Of a stretch of 64,000 nt of DNA, positions 56,346-64,000 are shown piece after piece. Location: NCBI RefSeq assembly GCF_006345805.1, contig NC_043003.1, positions 117,366,001 to 117,430,000 of the forward strand. Direction: 5' to 3'. The translations under genes were made by a program, and so were the position numbers. Source of the stretch: Octopus sinensis. Its lineage: Eukaryota. The stretch's first letter is position 1. Every line of letters starts with the position of its first letter. The notes under the pieces are model-generated. The model ran no database searches and had not been told where the DNA came from. It saw nothing but the letters and a program-made list of their open reading frames with translations.

Positions 56346-57230
56346 ACATTGGTAAGAAAGTTCTTGGACAAGTCATTGTTGCAAGTCATGGAAGCCGATC
56401 CAATGCAAACTGCACGTCAACTTGGCGCTACAGTTTGGCGTCTCCCATGCCGCGATCATTAACCCCCTGCATCGTCTCGGCAAGGTCAGCAAGCTTGGAA
56501 AATGGGTGCCACATGAACTGACTGAAGCGAACAAACAGGCACGTGCCACTGCATGTCAAAGTTTACTCTGGCGAAGCCGAAGATTCGATTGGTTGGAGCC
56601 AGTAATCTCTATGGATGAAAAGTGGGTACTGTACTCCAACGTGAGGTGCAGACGATCCTGGTGTACAAAGATCAACAGCCAAAACCTTCGCCAAAATGAC
56701 CGCTTGTGCAAAAGATGGTTATGATCTTAGTTTTGTGGGATTGCCGTAGTGTGATGATGTTGGATCTTCTACACAATACCCCGTTGACAAGGATGTCTCC
56801 TGTGAACAAGTCGACCGTCTAAAGGTCACGCTGGCTGAAAAAACGCTCAAATTTGAAGATAATTTACCACAAAGACAACGCACCAGCACATCGTGCAAAG
56901 AAGACGTTAGAAAAGCTGAAGGAGGCGGGCTGGAAGATAATGGTGCACCCTACGTATTCTCCTGACCTTACTCCTTCTGACTACCACTTATTCTCTGCCT
57001 TGCAACGCGCGATTGGCGATACAGAGTTTGAAAACGAAGATGTGAAATCGTTCCTTTACAACTTTATTGATTCAAAGCCACACGATTTCTGGATGAAAGG
57101 ATTCAAAACTTTACCTGAAAGATGGCAAAAGGTGACCCATAACGAGGGTGATTACCTTTTGGAGTGATTGTTCTTTGTTGTTTTTTACTTGCTAATAAAG
57201 TGATATGTTAAAAGTTTCCAAGAACTTTCT
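56346..57230 (+). pseudogene. Internally deleted mariner element, right TIR truncated by a SINE
   Basis: WVPHEL, ISMDEKW, HKDNAPAH, YSPDLTPSDYHLF, LPERWQKV; AGAAAGTTCTTGGA / TCCAAGAACTTTCT inverted ends. Confidence 0.88.
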
Positions 57231-57415
57231 GAAGGCATGTGCCCCAGTGGTTCGGATGTCGCACTCTCGATAGCAAAATCGCGGTTTTGATTCTAATTCC
57301 TGGATCGGGCAGCTCGTTGTGTTCTTGAGCAAAACACTTCATTTCTGTGACAGACCGGCGCTTTGTTCGTGTGGAAATGAGTCCCGGGACTCGAGATAAC
57401 AATGTGTAGGGGTTG
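57231..57415 (+). mobile_element. SINE family D-like head, diverged
   Basis: GAAGGCATGTGCCCCAGTGGTT...GTTGTGTTCTTGAGCAAAACACTTCATTT. Confidence 0.6.
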
Positions 57416-58430
57416 ATGATGAGGAGGGGGAGGAGGGGGGAGGAGGAGGAGGAGAAGGCGGGATGGGGAGGGGGACGAGGAGAGGAGAAGAGGAGGGGAA
57501 GGAGGAGGGGGAAGAGGAGGGGGAGAAGATAAGGGGGAGAGGGAAGGGAGGAGGAGGAGGGGGAAAGAGGAGTTGATGGAGGAGGTGGAAGAGGAGGATG
57601 GGGAGGGGGGAGGAGGTGTAAGAGGAGGGGAAGAGGAGGGGAAGGAGGAGTTGATATAGGAGGTGGAAGAGGAGAATGATAATGCAGGTGATGATGGTCG
57701 GTGATCAGAGCTGACCCAGGACTAAACAACGAAACTAAGCATCAATTTCAGACGGATTCTTTGCCCGTTAATTTATCTATTTTACCATCACAGTTTACTA
57801 ACATTCAATACATATAATAATATTCTTTCTCTTTCTTTTTTTTTTTACTATTATTATTTCAAAAACAATAACTTAAGCTGGGTAGCTCGAGTGTCTGCTG
57901 TCACAAGCAATCTATTATGGTCTGGCATAAATACCAGAAACGGTAAATATACAGAGATTCGTTCTTTATTATTATTTTTTTTTATAATAGACAAAACTTA
58001 CAATCATATCTATTTCGATTGAGTGAGTGACTGATAGACTTTCCTTTCTATACTTTCTGATCTATTTACTAATAGCAGCTACAATTTTTGTTGTCCGCTA
58101 CACTTAAGTTCGCATTTGGCTTGTAATTCTACGAACGCAGCTGTTTTTGTAAGTTTTTCTTTGCGCAAAAATGTTCTTCTTTCTGTTTGTTGTTGTTGTG
58201 CTGTATATTTCAACGTAGTATTGTCGTTGATGTTGCCGCTATTGTTTGTTGTAGCCATTTGTTATAACCAGCTCTTGTTGTTGCTGTTGGGATTACTGGA
58301 AGTATAATGGAATACTAGGTGTATGCGCGTGCTCACACATATATATATATATATATACATGTATATTCAGATAAGTGTGCATTAACAAGTGTGTGTGTGT
58401 GTGTGTATTATACATATACATATATATATA

Positions 58431-58468
<38 letters not shown>

Positions 58469-58642
58469 GTGTGTGTGTGTGTGTAAGTGAGAGAGAGAAA
58501 GACAGACAGACAGGAAAATAGGCAGACAGACTGACAGAAGGTAAAAGAGAGAAAAAGATAGATAGATAGATAAATAGATAGATAGATAGATAGATAGATA
58601 GAACAGACAGACAGATAGACAGATATATATATATATATATAT

Positions 58643-58707
<65 letters not shown>

Positions 58708-58728
58708 TAGACAGACAGACAGACAGAC

Positions 58729-58789
<61 letters not shown>

Positions 58790-59390
58790 TGAAGGAGACA
58801 GAGGCAGACAGAACAACAGGAACAGAGAGAGAGACAGACAGACCAGACAGACGACAGACAGACAGACAGACCAAAACTCTATTTCTTGGACAAAACACTT
58901 CAATGTCCAAAGACACTCATGAAACGAATCCTTTAAGGCAGAAATAGAATCAAAACTGACGAAGTCAATTATATTTTTTAATAAATAAATAAATTCATTT
59001 TCTCTGCTCAATCTACTGAGAATTTAAATCGTAGTTTTTCTCCTTTGGAAATCGAGTATTAACAGCAATTTTCATATATATATATATTATATATATAATA
59101 TATATATATATATGTGTGTGGGTGTGTGTGTGTGGTGTGTATGTATGCATGTATGTATGCAATTAGGTTTGTTTATTTAGGTGTATCAGCTTTATGTCAT
59201 TGTGTTCTTAATATAGAAATTTGCTTATCTTGTGCTTTAAAATTCACAACAGGATGTAGTTCGTGGGGAGTTTGGTTGCTAAAAGATTTCTAACTAGGAG
59301 TGTTCTTGATGTTATTCAGGGCAGTTTAGAAAGCTTAATCTTTGTGACTGTACCTATATATATATATATATATATATATAACATATATAT

Positions 59391-59491
<101 letters not shown>

Positions 59492-59595
59492 CATATAATA
59501 TAAAAGAAAAGAATGTTCTCTCTAGAGAAAAATTCAGGGACACCAGAACAATATGCGGGCAAGACAGATGAAAATTCTATAAACGGCAAGAATTA

Positions 59596-59671
59596 ATCGC
59601 AGACCTAATTTTCGCCTATTAACGAATGAACCACTTACGCAATCCCCCGTCCGTAGGCTCGTCAGTACGAT
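59596..59671 (-). ncRNA. Type-I hammerhead ribozyme (downstream copy)
   Basis: Minus strand ATCGTA CTGACGA GCCTA...TAGGC GAAA ATTAG GTC TGCGAT; stem III degenerate. Confidence 0.72.
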
Positions 59672-60146
59672 CGTTCCACAGGTAATATAATTTGTAAAAC
59701 TAATCACCAGTTTTCCGTATAAAAACAGACACGTGCTTAGTTTCCCCGATTACATTGGAGTTAATTTCAAATGTCTGAGTTCTGGCGCGCTAAAATTCCG
59801 GAAACAAAATCTGCAGTATATAATTTACTGCAGTTAATGCTGCCTATTAGAGAACATATATATTTTAACATTTAAATAATGAGGGAGATAAATTGAATAT
59901 TAATTTAATTAATATCAATTTAAAACCAGTAGCCTAGCATACAAAAATCTGAAAAATCAGAGAAAATTCAAATACATGTGTATATTTAAAGGAATAAAAC
60001 ACCACTAAGTGGTCAGCCGTATGCTAGAAGTAGATCACCTACGATCAAACTACAAAGAAAAGAATGTTCTCTAGAGAAAAATTCAGCGGACACCAGAACA
60101 ATATGCGGGCAAGACAGATGAAAATTATATAAAAAGCAAGAATTAC

Positions 60147-60221
60147 TCGCAGACCGGCGGTTTCGCCTACTAACAAATGAATCACTTACGTAATCCCTCG
60201 TCCGTAGGCTCATCAGTACGA
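60147..60221 (-). ncRNA. Canonical type-I hammerhead ribozyme (upstream copy)
   Basis: Minus strand TCGTA CTGATGA GCCTAC...GTAGGC GAAA CC-GCC-GGTC TGCGA: all core nucleotides, three stems, GUC triplet. Confidence 0.85.
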
Positions 60222-60984
60222 TCGTTCCTTATATATATGGACAGAGAGAGCGTTTTGATGTTCGCACACTTTCCTTGATTGGTGATATCGACGCTGTTAA
60301 CACTTACCTTCAGTTATTGTAGTTCGATGGTCGAAGAGATATTCAAAGGACGTAGGTAGATGCAGAGGTCAGTTGGTCAGCACATTTCTAAGTTGGAGTT
60401 AAACGGTTTTGTTTTTCCGTATTTATTTTGGTGCGTGTTAGCGCAGAGGAATAAACAGCACCAATCTTAAAATTCCCAAGATACGCTGCAGAGTAAGATG
60501 GCGCCCGTACGACCTCAAACAGGGGAGAAGTCACGCTCATAAATATACATAGATATGTAAGTATTGTGTGTGTGTGTGTGTGTGTGTGAGTATGTGTTTG
60601 CGTTTGTATGTCTATTTGTGCGTGTGTGTGTGTGTGTGTTCGTGAGCGTGTAACATATTTTATCTTGGGCCTGTTTCGTTACACATCTCAAAATAAATTA
60701 GTCTTTTTTTTTTCTTCTTTCTGTAATTACAGTCATGAAACAAAATCTGTATACGGCGGCTGTATTTTTATCGATAGCGATATCTATGGTAAATTGGACT
60801 TTTCCGTTTATCTTGGAGACTTACATATAAAAATATCTCTCAGTGCCAATACAGACATTTACCAACACAAATTAAACCAGGAACTATTTGTAATCATTCA
60901 ACAATGCCTATTCCATTTGTATTTTGTTTTATTAATCGCGTTATTTTTTATTTCCTCCTATCTTTCTCTTTGTCTTTTAAAATA

Positions 60985-61498
60985 TCTATATATATAAAAC
61001 TGTAGTTGTGTGAGTGTCTGTCCCCTTCGATTTAGATTCCTAACTCCTCCCACATTTTGCGGTGCAGTTTAACCAAATTCGGGTATCTTATAGTCGTGAT
61101 TCATATCGAGCCCGTCTGCGTATTAGCGCGCGTCTACGATGAGTCTACGATTTTAAAAATAATTTAACATCATTTTTTATTCCATTTTAATGCATAATTT
61201 TTCGTGTGTTGATGGCGGCGGAGTTGGCGTCCATGGTCCACACCTGCACTGTGTTTGCTCTCCCCCTTCTTCCCTCCCTCGTGAACCTGTGGGGAAGGGA
61301 GTGTAAGGAAATCAACGTCGTAAAGCGTTGTCAAGGAGACCAGCGTTCTTTTAGAACAACGACTTCATGGCTTGAAGACACCAAAACAGAAATGGCTAAG
61401 AAAGCCCGAATTGGCATCTATAAGGGAAGTAACTCTCTAAAAATGCTTATATAGTTATTTCCCTTACAAAACCGAGCAACGCCGGGCGATACTGCTAG
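60985..61498 (+). mobile_element. Non-autonomous Helitron with ~210-bp extra internal segment
   Basis: A|TCTATATATATAAAA ... CCGAGCAACGCCGGGCGATACTGCTAG|T: 5' TC, 3' hairpin plus CTAG, A|T target, no TSD. Confidence 0.85.
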
Positions 61499-61959
61499 TT
61501 ATAACTATATCTGCATTCTGTTTGTGTGTCTGTGTGTCTTGTGTGTTTACGAGTCTAATGCAACGTTTCCGCTTGTAATTACGTATCTTTATTAAAGAAT
61601 ACGTGTTCCAACAGTAACACATACAAACTCACAAATACGCATATGTGTATGCATGGGGTGGTGTTGTGTACCCATACCTCAAGAAGGGCCGTACCCCGCA
61701 GCAGAAGTGTTAAGATCGATCCTTCTTGTGGTGTAAAACACTCGTGGGGGTTCCACGTAAAATCGCTCATGCGTAAAAGCAATCATCACATTCTGCAAAA
61801 TAGTTGGCGGTAGGGAGGTCATCCAGGCGTAGAAATCATGCAGTTTCCCTCACCCCCACCAGCTTGCCAGTTCTGGTAACAGCGTCCAACACATAACAGC
61901 ATGGACAACGGATGTTAAATGATGATGATGATGATGATAATGTATGTGTGTTTGTATGC

Positions 61960-62007
<48 letters not shown>

Positions 62008-62082
62008 ATATATTATATATATATATATATTAATGAAGTAGCATGAAACGATTGTACCACACTACCTTGGATATCCTTGTTG

Positions 62083-62119
<37 letters not shown>

Positions 62120-62123
<4 letters not shown>

Positions 62124-62434
62124 GTTGTATACTGTCAACATAACGTGACAGTCACGTATGGAAATTACACCACTGCTGTTTAGCCCTAGGAAGCATCGAC
62201 GTTTCTTGTCGGCTTTGACATATTTCCTGTGTCCTTATATTTGTGAAGGGGAGGCAAGCACCCCTACCAGCCAAGATTCACACCTGAGGACATGCATGTT
62301 TCTGGGTCTTAACCCGTCATAAGGGCTAAACAGCGGTGGTGTAATTCCCATACGGGACCGTCACGTTATGTTGACAGTATACAACCACTCTATCGCTCCA
62401 CCACCGATCAAGTCTCTTTGAGACATTTAGAAAT
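62120..62434. mobile_element. Unclassified element with ~68-bp inverted arms
   Basis: 62120-62187 is the reverse complement of 62322-62389; related to 5273-5654. Confidence 0.65.
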
Positions 62435-62440
62435 TTAATA

Positions 62441-62469
<29 letters not shown>

Positions 62470-62479
<10 letters not shown>

Positions 62480-62807
62480 TAAATAAAAGAATGGAGTCGA
62501 ACGAAGATGTTAGCAAAATTCCTTTACTCTCGACATATGTTTCGAAGACAGCATAGTTTCATTCCAAAGGAATAAAGGGTGCAAGATGCAATCTTCTCAT
62601 CGTTTTGTTCATCATGTAGGCAGTCATCGAAATTTTTGTTTGTCTTGATGTTGAGAGAGGCTCCCTTTCTTTCCTGGTGAGAAGATTGCATCTTGCACCC
62701 TTTATTCCTTTGGAATGAAACTATGCTGTCTTCGAAACATATGTCGAGAGTAAAGGAATTTTGCTAACATCTTCGTTCGACTCCATTCTTTTATTTATTC
62801 ATATATA
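62470..62807. repeat. Perfect ~130-bp inverted repeat (78-bp spacer) of an HHR-bearing pLTR-like sequence
   Basis: 62470-62599 is the reverse complement of 62678-62807. Confidence 0.92.
62669..62750 (+). ncRNA. Hammerhead motif with A6G core change
   Basis: CTTTC CTGGTGA GAAGA...TCTTC GAAAC ATAT GTC GAGAG. Confidence 0.6.
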
Positions 62808-62961
62808 ACACAAATTTCTGCACATGAACCCGGAGTTTCTACCCTTGGACAGGTCGCTTCAACTGTGTTTCTGATGTGAATTTGCTACCCTGGTATCGGT
62901 TCATCGAATTTTCCATGCTGACGGTAAAGATAGGATAATTCATTCACCTATCGAAATTATA

Positions 62962-63015
<54 letters not shown>

Positions 63016-63059
63016 TAATATATATATATATATATATTAAGTTGCTGCACGTATATATA

Positions 63060-63838
63060 TATGTCGGCAGCGAAGAAACGGAGGTGGGTGAGGAGCTCGC
63101 CATTGATGTTAACACTGCCTTGCCAGTCGATGCCTCTTATGATCTGCTCGAGACATGCGGTGAAAAGTTTTGGGGAGATCGTATCTCCTTGCTTCACTCC
63201 CTTCTCGACCGGCACTCGTGCGGGTGATGACAGCAGTAGGTCTCAAGATGAACCGCATGAATACGAAGTTCATGCGGTCAGACAACGTAATGGAATATGT
63301 ATACCTGGGACAAGAAGTGAATATGTGACGAGATATCGAAAAGGAGATCTCACGGAGAGTAAGGGCCGGATGGAAGGCGTTTAATGGCATAATGGGTGTG
63401 CTCAAGGGAAGGTTGAGCAGGACCACCCGCGCCAACGTCATCAACAGTACAGTTCTACCTGCAATATTATATGGTAGTGAAACATGTGCTACCACAAAGA
63501 GAGAAGAGAAGAGACTGGTAACGGCTCAAAGAGCCATGGAAAGGTCAATGCTTGGTATCTCGTTGAGAGAGCACATCAGTAGCGAGGTCATCAGAGAGAA
63601 GTCCGGCGTGAGGGATGTCATCGCAGAGTATACACGCAGCAAGTTTTGATGGACTGGACGCATCACCCGGCTCGAGCGGAAACGACCACCCGGAAGACCT
63701 CCACGATGGTGGAGTCACGATTTCAGGAGAACGATTGGGATCACGTGGATGAGAAAGGCGCGATCCAGAGAGGAGTGGACAGCGTGCTGTGATCAGCGGT
63801 GTCAAATGGACGCCCGACGGACTGGTCAGTTAAGGTGA
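63060..63838 (+). pseudogene. RTE-clade LINE fragment with inverted 5' segment (63060-63215 on -)
   Basis: Minus: KGVKQGDTISPKLF...INGELLTHLRF.AD; plus: GLKMN..TKFM, YVYLGQ, EISRRVRAGWKAF, VLPAILYGSET, AQRAMERSMLGISLREHI. Confidence 0.9.
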
Positions 63839-63877
63839 TATATATATATATGGGGGATGTTTGTGTGTGTATATATG

Positions 63878-63939
<62 letters not shown>

Positions 63940-64000
63940 TTATGTATGTATATGTGTGTGTGTGTACATGTATGTATATCGATATATATGTGGGGTAGGG

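Larger units (their letters stand above)
59505..60228 (-). mobile_element. Tandem (1.3-mer) HHR-bearing repeat, retrozyme/Penelope-pLTR-like, 550-bp period
   Basis: 59505-59677 is a diverged direct repeat of 60054-60228; each copy carries an HHR. Confidence 0.8.

Noticed and set aside
57415-57680. G-rich purine tract as a functional G-quadruplex or Pro-rich ORF
   Set aside because: It is ordinary (GGA)n low complexity with no supporting context.
60499-60525. TGGCGCCCG resembling a tRNA-Lys primer-binding site of an LTR element
   Set aside because: Only 9 nt match, and no LTR pair or gag/pol sequence is nearby.

Overview
AT-rich, repeat-saturated eukaryotic (animal) DNA with no recognisable host protein-coding exon, rRNA, intact tRNA or CRISPR. 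The mix of tRNA-derived SINEs, huge (TA)n/(TACA)n/(GATA)n tracts, mariner/Tc1 relics, RTE and RLE-type (R4/Dong-like) LINE fragments and short Helitrons suggests intronic or intergenic octopus/cephalopod DNA (inference, not verified). Almost all long ORFs in the track are microsatellite artefacts or decayed TE genes. The most notable signal, invisible in the ORF track, is about 10 type-I hammerhead ribozyme (HHR) motifs in at least five unrelated short repeat families. They include a same-strand tandem pair whose predicted cleavage sites are 550 nt apart (retrozyme/Penelope-pLTR-like, 59.5-60.2 kb), a tRNA-headed SINE-like element carrying a minimal HHR (24.7-25.0 kb), HHR elements with inverted terminal duplications (45.7 kb, 62.5 kb) and a family with a shared A6U core variant. 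Other oddities are an inverted pair of Merlin-like MITEs carrying TTAGGG repeats, a 39-bp long-range templated insertion at a LINE 5' junction, and a twin-primed RTE insertion. All structures were folded by eye; none were tested computationally.
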